A stretch of DNA of 52,637 bases from positions 1 through 52,637 of the forward strand of contig JAZDHK010000036.1 in the NCBI GenBank assembly GCA_043806035.1, written 5' to 3'. The first letter of the stretch is position 1. Every line of letters starts with the position of its first letter. Made by a program: the position numbers and the translations under genes. Shown here in pieces: positions 27,468 to 37,504 of this stretch. The notes below the pieces were generated by a model that ran no database searches, was not told the origin of the DNA, and worked only from the letters and a program-made list of their open reading frames with translations. This DNA comes from an archaeon (GTDB taxonomy: Archaea; Nanobdellota; Nanobdellia; Woesearchaeales; UBA9642).

Positions 27468-28049
27468 TTACGACGGCCAGAACATGCTCGGCAGCATTGC
27501 TTCCTCTGCACTCGTGCCGTTTGTCCTCGGACAAGGGTAGAATTCCACGATGCCGTCCATGAAGCCTCCCGGTCCGTATGTGGCGAGACTGCCGTACATG
27601 CAGAATTGCAGGAAACGTATCTCCCTCATATCCGTCAAGGGATGACTATCAAGGACTGCGCTCGTCAGATAGGTTATGTCGAAACGTTCTTGTTCGGGGG
27701 AGAATTTCATATGTGCGGTATAGTGCGGCGAGCTGAAGGTTTTCACTTTCCCCTGCGCGACATCGACGTGATCGATGGTGAGAAAGTCAGCGAACATGGG
27801 ATCGCCGTTCAGGATGCAGTCGAGGAAGAGGGAATTTTGGAATCGTGCATATCGTTTTCCGGAGAGCTTATTCGTCATCGTATAGATTCCATTTTCCTCT
27901 TTGCAGTCTTTCTTGAGAAACTGAGCAAGCGTTGGCCTTGCTGCAATAACCGAGGGGTCTGCAGTGAGGATCATGGTGAGTTTACTGTCGGGAAGTTCCA
28001 TGCTGGAGGCAACAAGGACGACATTATAAAGCTTTCTATTTGTCACCAT
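27468..28049 (-). CDS. Hypothetical protein
   Basis: 193 aa ORF; no motif recognised. Confidence 0.55.
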   Translation of the reverse strand: MVTNRKLYNVVLVASSMELPDSKLTMILTADPSVIAARPTLAQFLKKDCKEENGIYTMTNKLSGKRYARFQNSLFLDCILNGDPMFADFLTIDHVDVAQGKVKTFSSPHYTAHMKFSPEQERFDITYLTSAVLDSHPLTDMREIRFLQFCMYGSLATYGPGGFMDGIVEFYPCPRTNGTSAEEAMLPSMFWPS

Positions 28050-28128
28050 TTATTAGTGATTAAAAATGAACGCTTCCGAAGAAAGCGAAGATGGAATATT
28101 TATAAACGCATCACATATCCTTCACCGC

Positions 28129-29154
28129 ATGCAGGACAGTGAACAAAAATTCGGGCTTCCGTTCGAGCAGAAAGACAAGGCAGTCTATTTTAGAATGCCG
28201 AATGAGCCCACGGATAAGAAGTTCGGCAAGCGCCCTGAGGAGAGGACTGTGCAGGAATTGCTGCAGAGCAGCATCATCAATATCGACAAGCCATCCGGGC
28301 CGACGAGCCATCAAGTATCAGCATACGTCCGAGATATCTTGCACGTGAGCAAGGCAGGCCATTCGGGAACGTTAGACCCGAAAGTGACGGGCGTGCAGCC
28401 CATTGCCATAGGGACGGGCACGAGAGTGACGCAGAGCCTGCTCACTGCGGGAAAGGAATACATCACCGTCATGCACATTCACAAGGAGGTTGCTCTTGAT
28501 CGCATCAAGGCTGCTCTGGAAAAATTCATCGGCACGATAAAGCAGTTGCCGCCGCAAAAATCCGCAGTGAAGAGGCAAGTCAGGGAGAGAAACGTCTACT
28601 ACATCGAGTTGCTCGATGTCGACGGTCAGGATGTCCTGTTCAAGGTAGGTTGCCAGGCAGGGACGTATATCAGAAAGCTCTGCCATGACATGGGACTGCT
28701 GCTGGGAACGGGTGCGCACATGGCCTCGCTGAGAAGGACGCGTGCAGGGCCGTTCACCGAAGAGAATCTCTGTACGTTGCAGGACCTCAAAGACGCCTAT
28801 CACTATTATGTTGTCGAGAAAGATGACAAGCCGCTGATGAAGCTGTTGCAGCCCATCGAGAAAGCCGTCGAACACTTGCCGAAGATCTGGGTGCTCGACA
28901 GCACGGTTGACAATCTCTGCCATGGCGCGCAGTTGAAAGTGCCAGGTGTCGTCAAGTACAACAGCAGCATCCAGAACAATGATCTTGTGGCAGTGATGAC
29001 GCTTAAGGATGAACTGATAGGCGTAGGCAGAGCTGTGCTCTCAGGTTCAGATCTCAAGAAAGCAGAGCACGGTCTAGCAGTGATGTGGGAGCAAGTATTC
29101 ATGAGTCCAGGCATCTATCCGAGAATAGAGCGTCTTCCCGAAAAACATAAATAG
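28129..29154 (+). CDS. cbf5: H/ACA / tRNA pseudouridine synthase Cbf5 (TruB family) with PUA domain
   Basis: IDKPSGPTSHQV, GHSGTLDPKVTG, GTYIRKLCHD and LRRTRAG motifs. Confidence 0.97.
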   Translation: MQDSEQKFGLPFEQKDKAVYFRMPNEPTDKKFGKRPEERTVQELLQSSIINIDKPSGPTSHQVSAYVRDILHVSKAGHSGTLDPKVTGVQPIAIGTGTRVTQSLLTAGKEYITVMHIHKEVALDRIKAALEKFIGTIKQLPPQKSAVKRQVRERNVYYIELLDVDGQDVLFKVGCQAGTYIRKLCHDMGLLLGTGAHMASLRRTRAGPFTEENLCTLQDLKDAYHYYVVEKDDKPLMKLLQPIEKAVEHLPKIWVLDSTVDNLCHGAQLKVPGVVKYNSSIQNNDLVAVMTLKDELIGVGRAVLSGSDLKKAEHGLAVMWEQVFMSPGIYPRIERLPEKHK

Positions 29155-29308
29155 CCAAACTATCTATACTGTGCGGAGGAGGTGCAGCATGTACGACGAT
29201 TCTGACGAAGATCAGGATGATGAAGATACTGACCCCGATGATGATGGGGATAATCCGGACGACGGACGATTCTACGACTGAATCAAACAATGCTTCTCCT
29301 GTTCTCAC
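29099..29308 (-). CDS. Possible small single-TM protein
   Basis: Hydrophobic IIPIIIGVSIFIILIFV; AGGAG upstream of an in-frame TTG; overlaps the cbf5 3' end by ~55 nt. Confidence 0.3.
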   Translation of the reverse strand: MRTGEALFDSVVESSVVRIIPIIIGVSIFIILIFVRIVVHAAPPPHSIDSLAIYVFREDALFSDRCLDS

Positions 29309-29458
29309 ACCATAACGTTAATTGTTACCACTGATGAGTGTCTTGTTACCTTTTAAAAATAGTAAAATATTTAAATAGAGACGGTTCTTGAGAAAGTGCA
29401 CTACAAAAAAAACATTCTCCTCTTCACAACTGCATCCGAGGAAGACGTGCGAGGAAAC

Positions 29459-30622
29459 ATGAAAAAAATAGGAAAAATCGGCTTGCTCGCGCTGGGCATG
29501 TTGGCCATGACGGAAATGACGAACAACCAGACGATAAACTCTGCAGCAGCCTGTCTTGATACGATAGCAGTCGCACAACAGGAACGCAAGCCGCTCGAGG
29601 AACTCATCGCCAACGCTTCCAAAGAACTCGTCTTAGAAAAAGCATATCTTGCCAGCAATGACAAGAACGGTTTTGCCACGACGGAAAATAAGATCATGCA
29701 CTACGCAAAGGATATTGTCCTCTATCCTGTTATCGAAGCATCATGGAACGGCATGCGGATCTATCTCTGCGAGACGGACAGCATCATGCTCAACGGGAAA
29801 CAACTTGATCCTGACAGCATCCTTCGCATCCCCGAATCCACAGGCATTACGTACTACAAAGTCGAGCCAAAGCGACAGGGGTATCAGGAAACATGCATCG
29901 GCGAAGGACCAGCATTGCAGACGGACGTTGCCCCCACGACAAAAGACACGCTTTTTGCCGAGCCTGCCATCGACCCTGCCATCATCAATGCAGTCAACCC
30001 TGAAGAGCGCATTCCCGTAGGCACGATGCGGTATGCAATCAAAGTCGTCCAGGGCGAGAAAAAAGTGTGGACGCCAGGAAAGTCTGCCATGTCGTACAAT
30101 CCAAAAAGCGTGCATCGTATCAGCAACGCCGGCAACACGGGCTTTCCTGTGGTGGACATGGCATACACGATGGGCAATGTCCCCTACTTGTACGGGAGCA
30201 GCGATGTGCAATCCAAAGAATTCATCGCGAGCGACTGTGCAGATTTCTGCATTACTGCCTATAATCTTGCAGGGCACGCATTTTCCTACACGAGTACAGA
30301 ATATCTCACCGATGAGTTCTCTCTTGTTGAGAAGTGCGTCCTGCGCAGAGACCTCGCTTACGTTCCCGTCAGCAAACCCCTCTTTCCGGGAGACATTCTT
30401 GACATCAAAGGTATGCATGCGGGCATTCTCGTCAGGGACAACGAACCAGTGGGTCTTGACCTGAACGATCTCGTGCTGCACACCTCCGCTGATAACCATC
30501 AGCCAAGAGTGGAAAACGTAAGAGCGGCATTCAATATGCATTTACGCAACCGCATTAAGATGTACGTGCTCCGACCTGAGCAGCAAAGCGCGTATGATCA
30601 GTTTACCCATGCTGGACGCTAG
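29459..30622 (+). CDS. Secreted NlpC/P60-like (papain-fold) hydrolase
   Basis: Signal peptide MKKIGKIGLLALGMLAM; VPYLYG...SDCADF...PGDIL...HAGIL...LHTS catalytic Cys-His-His pattern. Confidence 0.75.
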   Translation: MKKIGKIGLLALGMLAMTEMTNNQTINSAAACLDTIAVAQQERKPLEELIANASKELVLEKAYLASNDKNGFATTENKIMHYAKDIVLYPVIEASWNGMRIYLCETDSIMLNGKQLDPDSILRIPESTGITYYKVEPKRQGYQETCIGEGPALQTDVAPTTKDTLFAEPAIDPAIINAVNPEERIPVGTMRYAIKVVQGEKKVWTPGKSAMSYNPKSVHRISNAGNTGFPVVDMAYTMGNVPYLYGSSDVQSKEFIASDCADFCITAYNLAGHAFSYTSTEYLTDEFSLVEKCVLRRDLAYVPVSKPLFPGDILDIKGMHAGILVRDNEPVGLDLNDLVLHTSADNHQPRVENVRAAFNMHLRNRIKMYVLRPEQQSAYDQFTHAGR

Positions 30623-31527
30623 CCCATGAGCAGGCTCTGCTGGATGATCTGCGGATAGAGCGGGACGTTCATCACGACAAACGTCTCAACAAACCCTCCG
30701 ATGACGAGCACGAGCAGCGCAAAAAGGAACAACCAGAAATTGTAAAAAAACACGCGATTGAAATCCTTGCTCACGAATTTTTCTAGCAACACGCCTTTGC
30801 TGATGACGCCACCGCTGATTGCCGCGATGATATACGCGCCCCCTTCCAGAATGACGTGCGGCAGGACGATGAGCAGGATGAAGGCGAAATAGACGAGCGC
30901 TGATTCTTTGCCGAGCATGGCTGCATTCCTCGCCGTGAGTCCGAAAATAGTCCCCCAAACGCTTGCGTTCCACGTGATGAGGAATATGGCACCATCCCCC
31001 GTCAAGAAGGATATGAGGAAGCAGGCGATGATGACTGCTGCGTTGTTGATGAGTATGCTGAGCAGGAATTCCCAATCGAAACTTCCATGTACTGCAGTTG
31101 CGTGGATAGCAGATGGCTCTCCTGATAGTTCTACAGCATCTCCCACGTTTCCTCTCATTTCCAATTGCTCTCTGAAGAGCGTGTTAGTGTGAAAGCTGGG
31201 CAGGAAAACAGTTGCCAAGGAATAGACGAGCAGGATGCCCAGGAACAAGGAGAGGTAGAGGAGTATGAAATGCCTGTTGTCGACAAGGAGCCGCTTGAAG
31301 CTGAACCGCATTTCTCTGTCTTCTCTGCGCTCTTCGATGCTGAAGAGCCTGGAGAGTTCAGGGAGCATGAGCAGTGAGATGAACGCTACAGAAACGAGCG
31401 CAGGGTCAGAAGGGAAGAGCAGCGCTGCGAGCGCTATGCCGATGATGGAATAGATTATGCCAAGTGCGAACGCGAAGAACCACTTCATCGCCAGCCAGCG
31501 TTCAGGAAAAATGTGTTCGAGGACCAC
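30619..31527 (-). CDS. SpoIIM/DUF95 family membrane protein
   Basis: ILINN, LITWNASVWG, VLPHVILE and GFVET motifs; polytopic. Confidence 0.82.
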   Translation of the reverse strand: MVLEHIFPERWLAMKWFFAFALGIIYSIIGIALAALLFPSDPALVSVAFISLLMLPELSRLFSIEERREDREMRFSFKRLLVDNRHFILLYLSLFLGILLVYSLATVFLPSFHTNTLFREQLEMRGNVGDAVELSGEPSAIHATAVHGSFDWEFLLSILINNAAVIIACFLISFLTGDGAIFLITWNASVWGTIFGLTARNAAMLGKESALVYFAFILLIVLPHVILEGGAYIIAAISGGVISKGVLLEKFVSKDFNRVFFYNFWLFLFALLVLVIGGFVETFVVMNVPLYPQIIQQSLLMG

Positions 31528-31596
31528 GTCCGTTTTTCCACTTCGGCATTTATAAAATTAGTGAAATTTATTAATACCGCAGGCAAAGATTGTTGC

Positions 31597-32787
31597 ATGA
31601 CTTATTGGAGCGGCGTACAGGATGAACGCATAACGAAGACATTGCACGGTGACCCTGCTGGAGTCATCCACGAGGATATCGCTCAAGGGAAAGTGCACGG
31701 GACGCTCTATTACAAAAAGCCGATAACGACGACAAGGGCCGTGCTGATTGTGCACGGTTTCTCAGGGAATAGGTATGGCTTGGGTGTTCTCGCAACGCGG
31801 CTCGCCGCATATAGTTTTTTTTGTCTGAGCATCGATCTGCCTGGTCATTTCCTTAACCCGAACGGTTTCACCATAGGTGAAGTATGTGACACCATCAATG
31901 AAGGGGTCTTGCTGCTCAGGCGCAGATACAATATGCGCACCATCGCCGTTCTTGGGCATAGCATCGGTGCAGTCTCCACACTCTTTGCAAGCGCGGGATA
32001 CGATAGCAACGTCGAGCGAGATATCTATACCATCTGGGAAGAGATGCGCTGGCTCCTCGAGAGGGAAAAAGACTTGCTCGACAGCAATGCGCACGACGTC
32101 ATGCGCGTGCAGGAAGAGATAGGGCATGAGTATGCGCGACTCAAGCAGATCATGCTTGCTGCGCTCAAAAAGAACATGGCATCTGTCTCGTCCATCAGTT
32201 GTCTTGTGCTGCTCTCCCCTTCACGTAACAGTAAGACTGCCATTCCTGGCATCGGATTGTTGCGACGCATGCCACAACGTGCGGCAAAAACCATATTCGA
32301 ATGGATCTTCCACAAACCAGCAGTGCAGCAGCTCATGCGGGAAGGCAATCCTGTTGCGTACGTAGAGGAAAACAGGAAAGACACAATCTATTGGCAATTC
32401 TTCAAGATGAGCAACCATAAAGAATTCTTGAAATATGTTTGTGAGATGAAAGAACCGTCCGATTTCCTCGAGCTGCTCGAGCGTCTTGCCGCGTTCGAGA
32501 ACAAAGATGAGTCAACGACGTTCTTCGCATATTATCTCGACAAGTACGTTCTCAGAAAACAGAAACTCTTCATCTATGGCCAAGACGACCTCTATCTCAA
32601 ACCATTCTGGTTCGGGAACAGGAATCGGCTTGAGAAGTTCTATCGCAGTTGCGGCAATGCACGTATCATCCACGGCGATTTCACGCATGTCATGCTAAAT
32701 GAAACGCATCAGCAGTTGGCTGCAGTGTCGGTAAAGAACGATACCATCACGGACAGCATCATTGCATTTCTCGACAAAAACATGTGA
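31597..32787 (+). CDS. Alpha/beta hydrolase (lysophospholipase-like)
   Basis: VLIVHGF, IDLPGH, nucleophile elbow GHSIG, IYGQDD and FTHV motifs. Confidence 0.85.
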   Translation: MTYWSGVQDERITKTLHGDPAGVIHEDIAQGKVHGTLYYKKPITTTRAVLIVHGFSGNRYGLGVLATRLAAYSFFCLSIDLPGHFLNPNGFTIGEVCDTINEGVLLLRRRYNMRTIAVLGHSIGAVSTLFASAGYDSNVERDIYTIWEEMRWLLEREKDLLDSNAHDVMRVQEEIGHEYARLKQIMLAALKKNMASVSSISCLVLLSPSRNSKTAIPGIGLLRRMPQRAAKTIFEWIFHKPAVQQLMREGNPVAYVEENRKDTIYWQFFKMSNHKEFLKYVCEMKEPSDFLELLERLAAFENKDESTTFFAYYLDKYVLRKQKLFIYGQDDLYLKPFWFGNRNRLEKFYRSCGNARIIHGDFTHVMLNETHQQLAAVSVKNDTITDSIIAFLDKNM

Positions 32788-32793
32788 AAAAAA

Positions 32794-33339
32794 TTAGAAC
32801 CGTATGTCCGCTCCGCAGTACGGGCAGTGGGCAGGTTGCTTCTTCTCCAGGTTGTACTTGAACGCATACTTGCATTTCTTGCACGTGTACTTGACATGGT
32901 CGTCATCGATAGGGACTACCGTTCCTTCTACTGCCGCTTTCTGTTTCTGCTTAGCAGAGTATGCTCGATCGATGAAGTCATCCTCACGATCCCATCCTGT
33001 CGGTTTTTCAACAGGTACTTTTTTTGCAGGAGTTTCTCTCGGCCCGCCCGTATTCCTGACAGATGATCGCACAGGCTCGTCATCAAAATCATCGACATCA
33101 TCATCCATTGCTGGTTTTTTCTGCATGCTTTGCAATGCTGCCCGGGCTGCATTCGTGTTGGGAATTATTTTCTCAACTGGCCTTCTCGACTGCATCTCTC
33201 GTTGTTCTTGCCCGGGCTTTATTTTTTGTGGCGTCTTCCTGCTCTTGACACAGGCTTGACAGACCATCATGCCATACACGGGATCGAGAACGAACGTGTC
33301 TGCCGGAGATTCCTTGCCACAATTCCTGCACTTTGCCAT
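32794..33339 (-). CDS. Double zinc-ribbon protein with low-complexity linker
   Basis: N-terminal CRNC...CQAC and C-terminal CKKC...CPYC. Confidence 0.75.
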   Translation of the reverse strand: MAKCRNCGKESPADTFVLDPVYGMMVCQACVKSRKTPQKIKPGQEQREMQSRRPVEKIIPNTNAARAALQSMQKKPAMDDDVDDFDDEPVRSSVRNTGGPRETPAKKVPVEKPTGWDREDDFIDRAYSAKQKQKAAVEGTVVPIDDDHVKYTCKKCKYAFKYNLEKKQPAHCPYCGADIRF

Positions 33340-33423
33340 TGGTCCTGCATTCAACATAATACGCACCTCAGTGTCTGTTTTTGCTCAAGAGTGATTGTTC
33401 ATGCGTGTCGTTTTTATATTTTT

Positions 33424-34899
33424 TCAAAAGCGATACGCGCCGATGAGTTTTATCATGCCACTACCTATGCCTGTCGTGGTGAGCGCAAGGTCGGTGTGCT
33501 GCCTTCGCCTAAAATTGTGGGCAAAGAGCATGGCCGGGCTTGCCGCGCTCGTGTTGGCATGCGTGTGGATGTTTCTCGTATACGTTCCACGGATGCCTGA
33601 TCGTTCGACAGTGGGCGGGATTTGTGTGAAGATCCTGTCATTGGCATTATGCGTGTCATGCTCAAGCGTGAGTTCCTGCCACTCAAGTTCTTTTACCATG
33701 GTGACGATGGCATCACTGATTTGGCGTATGGCATACTTCATGACCTTGCTCCCGTCGGGCATCCGCAAGTAGCCCTGTGCGTCCTTGTGAATCCAGTGAT
33801 ACTTGCCGAAGGGATCGCTAAGGCCGTCAAAATGTACGAATCCTTTTTTTCCATCGCTATGGCCGAGCAGAAATGCCGCCGTTCCTGTGCCGAAGAGCAT
33901 GTTGTTGGCATCCATGTACTCTGCAGTATACAGGTCAGTTATTTTTTCTAATGTTTCTCCTGCAGCGAGCAGGATTTTGTTTTGGCTTTCCGCAAGAGGC
34001 ATGAGACCGTCAGCTATGGCAAATCCCATCTGGCTTGAGGAGCAGGCTGCAGCGATATCGAAGCACCATCGCAGCCGAGGAAGGCCGAGCAGGATTGATT
34101 CTTCATACGCGTTGGTTCTGACGAGCGGCATGTCTTCCTGGACTTGGTTGATGACGAATATGCCTTTGACGTCTTCCGGTGAGCAGTCTCCATTGAAGAA
34201 AGACTGAATAGCAACTCCTGCCGTATCGTATTCTTCATTGATGCTGCCATGCGTCGCATGCCATCGTGTTTCTTCTATGTGTCCAGGATCTCCCCAGCCA
34301 TCCCGCTTGAGCAGTGATGGCGTGCCATTCTTGAATACTTCAATACCAGTTATGCTGCCGTAGAGGTTTGTGAAAAAGGAGGGCGTGGCTATGTCTTGCC
34401 GTGTCCTGCTAAAAACAGCAATGTACACGCCCGGTTGGTGGATGTTCAGCGCCTCAACTATCTCTAACGCGGTCTCGTAGCTGCTCTTGTGTGTTGCGAC
34501 GTCAAATGCGTATTTCACCTCTTTGAGGTCTGCACAGAGCTGTATCATGGTAGCGTGGCTGGGAAATGTCATGAAGTTGCCGTTGCTCGTGACGCCTGCA
34601 TTGATGATGCCTTCTATCTGCTCTTTTTTCGTTGCGCCCATTGCCTGCTCTGCGCTTTTGGCATTGATCCTGTAGACAGGCCAATCTGCCGGAGAATAAT
34701 AGCGCTGCTCTATGCCCGTCATGTCCTTGATTTTTTCCGCTTCCAGGGTTATACGTTTTTTTTCTGTGAGAACGCCTTCAAGCGTCCAGTCGTAAACGAT
34801 GCACGGCCGTCCTCTGACGTACTCGCTCAGGAATTTCTCGTTAGAAACTATCCAGTCATCAGGCAGGTAGCTGCCAACGGATTCTACCACGCTAGGCAT
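33424..34899 (-). CDS. 3-oxoacyl-ACP synthase III (FabH/KAS III)-like enzyme with duplicated N-terminal half
   Basis: GSYLP, TGIEQRY, FDIAAACSS (Cys), LFGTGTAA, HNAN (His), NTSAAS (Asn) and GIGSG motifs; 491 aa. Confidence 0.85.
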   Translation of the reverse strand: MPSVVESVGSYLPDDWIVSNEKFLSEYVRGRPCIVYDWTLEGVLTEKKRITLEAEKIKDMTGIEQRYYSPADWPVYRINAKSAEQAMGATKKEQIEGIINAGVTSNGNFMTFPSHATMIQLCADLKEVKYAFDVATHKSSYETALEIVEALNIHQPGVYIAVFSRTRQDIATPSFFTNLYGSITGIEVFKNGTPSLLKRDGWGDPGHIEETRWHATHGSINEEYDTAGVAIQSFFNGDCSPEDVKGIFVINQVQEDMPLVRTNAYEESILLGLPRLRWCFDIAAACSSSQMGFAIADGLMPLAESQNKILLAAGETLEKITDLYTAEYMDANNMLFGTGTAAFLLGHSDGKKGFVHFDGLSDPFGKYHWIHKDAQGYLRMPDGSKVMKYAIRQISDAIVTMVKELEWQELTLEHDTHNANDRIFTQIPPTVERSGIRGTYTRNIHTHANTSAASPAMLFAHNFRRRQHTDLALTTTGIGSGMIKLIGAYRF

Positions 34900-35084
34900 G
34901 TGCCGAGCAATACGTCCGCCCTATAAATAACTTACGATTATTCACTCGGGAAGAGAGACAGCAAACGAGGAACGCTGCGGTGCAAAAAAAACTGAAAAAA
35001 TACGCAGAAGATCTGCGCCAAGAGCATAAACAATAAACATTTTAAAAGGAATACACAAAGAAAGATCGTGTACGAGGTTACATC

Positions 35085-35396
35085 GTGAAACGCCAAAAAC
35101 ACGATAAGTACATTGATTGCCTTTGCGAGCGACTGTCGGATGAGTACGACCACATGCTCAGGAACGTTCCCATTTACGACAATCGTCGGAGGAAGCGTAC
35201 CTTGGTCGCTGAAGTCGACATCCTCGCATTCAAGGAAGAGTACTGTGACATCTACGAGGTGAAGTGCAGCTTCAGGATGGCAAAAGCAAAGAAGCAGCTG
35301 GACCGCATCTGCCGCCTCATCAGCAAGCGGACGCCTGTGAAGAACGTATTCTTCTATTGCGGCGAGTCAGGCAGGCTTTTGGTCGTGCCCCCCTAA
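35085..35396 (+). CDS. Small PD-(D/E)xK nuclease-like protein
   Basis: AEVDILA...IYEVKCS...AKKQL motif. Confidence 0.7.
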   Translation: MKRQKHDKYIDCLCERLSDEYDHMLRNVPIYDNRRRKRTLVAEVDILAFKEEYCDIYEVKCSFRMAKAKKQLDRICRLISKRTPVKNVFFYCGESGRLLVVPP

Positions 35397-35484
35397 GGAC
35401 AGAAACCACAAAAAATACAAATTACCTATTTATCAGTAGTTACGCACAGCAACCTTTTTAAATAGGAGCGTATTATCTGAAGAC

Positions 35485-36786
35485 ATGCGCATCAATCTAA
35501 GCAAGCCACGCAAGGCGTATTTCTCCTTGCCCAAAGCGGGAGAGAACATCTGGCAGCAGACAGGAAAAAGAAGGGGCAGCATGCTTAAAGGGCTCCATGA
35601 GCTGGAAGAGCAAGACAGGCTCGTCCTCCTCTCAGAGCATTCTTCTCTCGATGACATGCTTGACACGGTCAGAGGCGGAAAAAAGCCTTCCATTGACCTT
35701 GTCTCGAACATCGAACGCATCAACACCGCAGGACCTGACAACTTACTTCTCCTCCCACCGCAGTACAGAGTGACTGCAGAACAGAAACGGGAAGCACTGA
35801 CAGAATACAGAACACTCATCCCGCTCTTCAGCGCAGGCGTCCTCGAACAATTGGGAAAGACTGAGGCTCAGGCACGGACGCTCCATCCTGACCAGGTCAT
35901 CTGCACAGCATTCAATCTTCTGCATGAGAAACGAGACAGAGAGATTGCAAAACCATACATAGCCTATTCCTGGAACAGGGGAGAACAGAGGATACTTGTC
36001 TTCCCATTCGAGGCAGTGAAAGGCTTCACACAGAGGATATTCCAGGACTTTGCAGCATACAAGATCATTCTCCCCGAGAAAGAGAAACGAGCACGGGAGC
36101 TGAGCAGAAAAAGACAGCTCAGCAGGCAAGAGTCTCGAGAACTGAGCAAGCTCGAGGGACAAATAGCGCAGTACAAGAAAGACATCACTCGCTACCACCT
36201 TGAGGACATCCTTCCTCGGCTAGACGTGACAAAACAAGATCTCATCGAGACTGAACACAAACCGTACGCGCAAGGGCACAACTGGGATTTGCTCGTCCCC
36301 AGCAGGAGCGATCCAGGAAAAATGCATAACGTACAGATCCTTTCCTATCCTGCAACACGAGGAAGCATAGATCCGAGCGCTGCATGGAATGAGGACAACC
36401 ACTGCGATTGTCTCGACAGGAAGATGAACAGCAACAGGAGGCTCTGGAATGGCGTGCTCACCAAGACAGAGAATTATGAGTGCGACCACATCATTGCAGG
36501 CAGGTTCACTGCACTGTTCAAGACGAGAAGCAGAGGCATGCGTAGCCCTCCCAGCCCGTATATCATGCCCTTACGCCCGCTCATCACGCTGGTAGACAAG
36601 CTTACCTATCAGGCAGTCATTGCAGATGCAGGCTCATTCAGGAGCCTTACCGAGGCAGAAATCAATCGTATTATCATGCAAGCATGCATTGCTGACGGTC
36701 CTGAAGCGTATTTCACGACAAGCCCCAATAGACTGAGCCATCAGGCAGTTCTTCCGAAAGAATACGCGATAACGTTCACGCAATAA
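35485..36786 (+). CDS. Hypothetical protein with SWIM-like zinc finger
   Basis: VPSRS...HNV...CDC...CDHIIA pattern. Confidence 0.6.
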   Translation: MRINLSKPRKAYFSLPKAGENIWQQTGKRRGSMLKGLHELEEQDRLVLLSEHSSLDDMLDTVRGGKKPSIDLVSNIERINTAGPDNLLLLPPQYRVTAEQKREALTEYRTLIPLFSAGVLEQLGKTEAQARTLHPDQVICTAFNLLHEKRDREIAKPYIAYSWNRGEQRILVFPFEAVKGFTQRIFQDFAAYKIILPEKEKRARELSRKRQLSRQESRELSKLEGQIAQYKKDITRYHLEDILPRLDVTKQDLIETEHKPYAQGHNWDLLVPSRSDPGKMHNVQILSYPATRGSIDPSAAWNEDNHCDCLDRKMNSNRRLWNGVLTKTENYECDHIIAGRFTALFKTRSRGMRSPPSPYIMPLRPLITLVDKLTYQAVIADAGSFRSLTEAEINRIIMQACIADGPEAYFTTSPNRLSHQAVLPKEYAITFTQ

Positions 36787-37443
36787 CTATGCCAACACAT
36801 ACTTTATCCATTCTGGCGGCCGTATCGGCTTCCTTGTCGTCGCATCCCTGAACGCGTGTTCGGTAATGCAGCAAGCAACAACATCATGCTCATCATACAC
36901 TTCGTGCATCATGGACAGACGTGCTCCTCCTCTATACGGAAATATCCTGCCTTCTATGCCTATCTTCCCTGCAACCTCTCCAAGAATATCATAGACTGCC
37001 CTGACGACGACCAATTGTAGGTTGTGCTTGAGCAGTGTTTCATCCTTGAAGCCAGCACTCGTTTGCAGGTTCTCGCGCATGGCCTCGCAATAGAACGGAA
37101 TAGTGTGGAATGGAATCGTGTTTTCTTTTGTCTCTCGCTTTTCCTTGCGGCAAAGCAGTGTCTGTGCTTTTGCGTATGTCTCTTTCTCATTCGCAAGTAC
37201 TTGATCGAGGATGATATGTCTGGAGGTGAATGCGGGTTTGCTCAGCACCGTCACCCGCTGCCCCGGCAAGAGCTCCTTGACATAGTCAATAGTCTGCTTG
37301 TACACGGCAAGTCTGTGTTTGGGATCAACGCCCAGCCACGACTGGGGGACGGAAAAGAACGAAGGATAATGGCTATTGTTGACGTGCCCATACACGTCGC
37401 TATGTTGTTTGTCGATAGTTATGACGCGCAGGTAGGGAAGCAT
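36787..37443 (-). CDS. Double-hotdog acyl-CoA/acyl-ACP thioesterase
   Basis: DVYGHVNNSHY motif, IDYVKEL.PG; second hotdog ending DATTRKPIRPPEWI. Confidence 0.82.
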   Translation of the reverse strand: MLPYLRVITIDKQHSDVYGHVNNSHYPSFFSVPQSWLGVDPKHRLAVYKQTIDYVKELLPGQRVTVLSKPAFTSRHIILDQVLANEKETYAKAQTLLCRKEKRETKENTIPFHTIPFYCEAMRENLQTSAGFKDETLLKHNLQLVVVRAVYDILGEVAGKIGIEGRIFPYRGGARLSMMHEVYDEHDVVACCITEHAFRDATTRKPIRPPEWIKYVLA

Positions 37444-37504
37444 GCTGATGGAAGCGTTGCTACATATAAAAACGTTAGCTTATACCCTTGTTGTAGTCGT
37501 TCGT

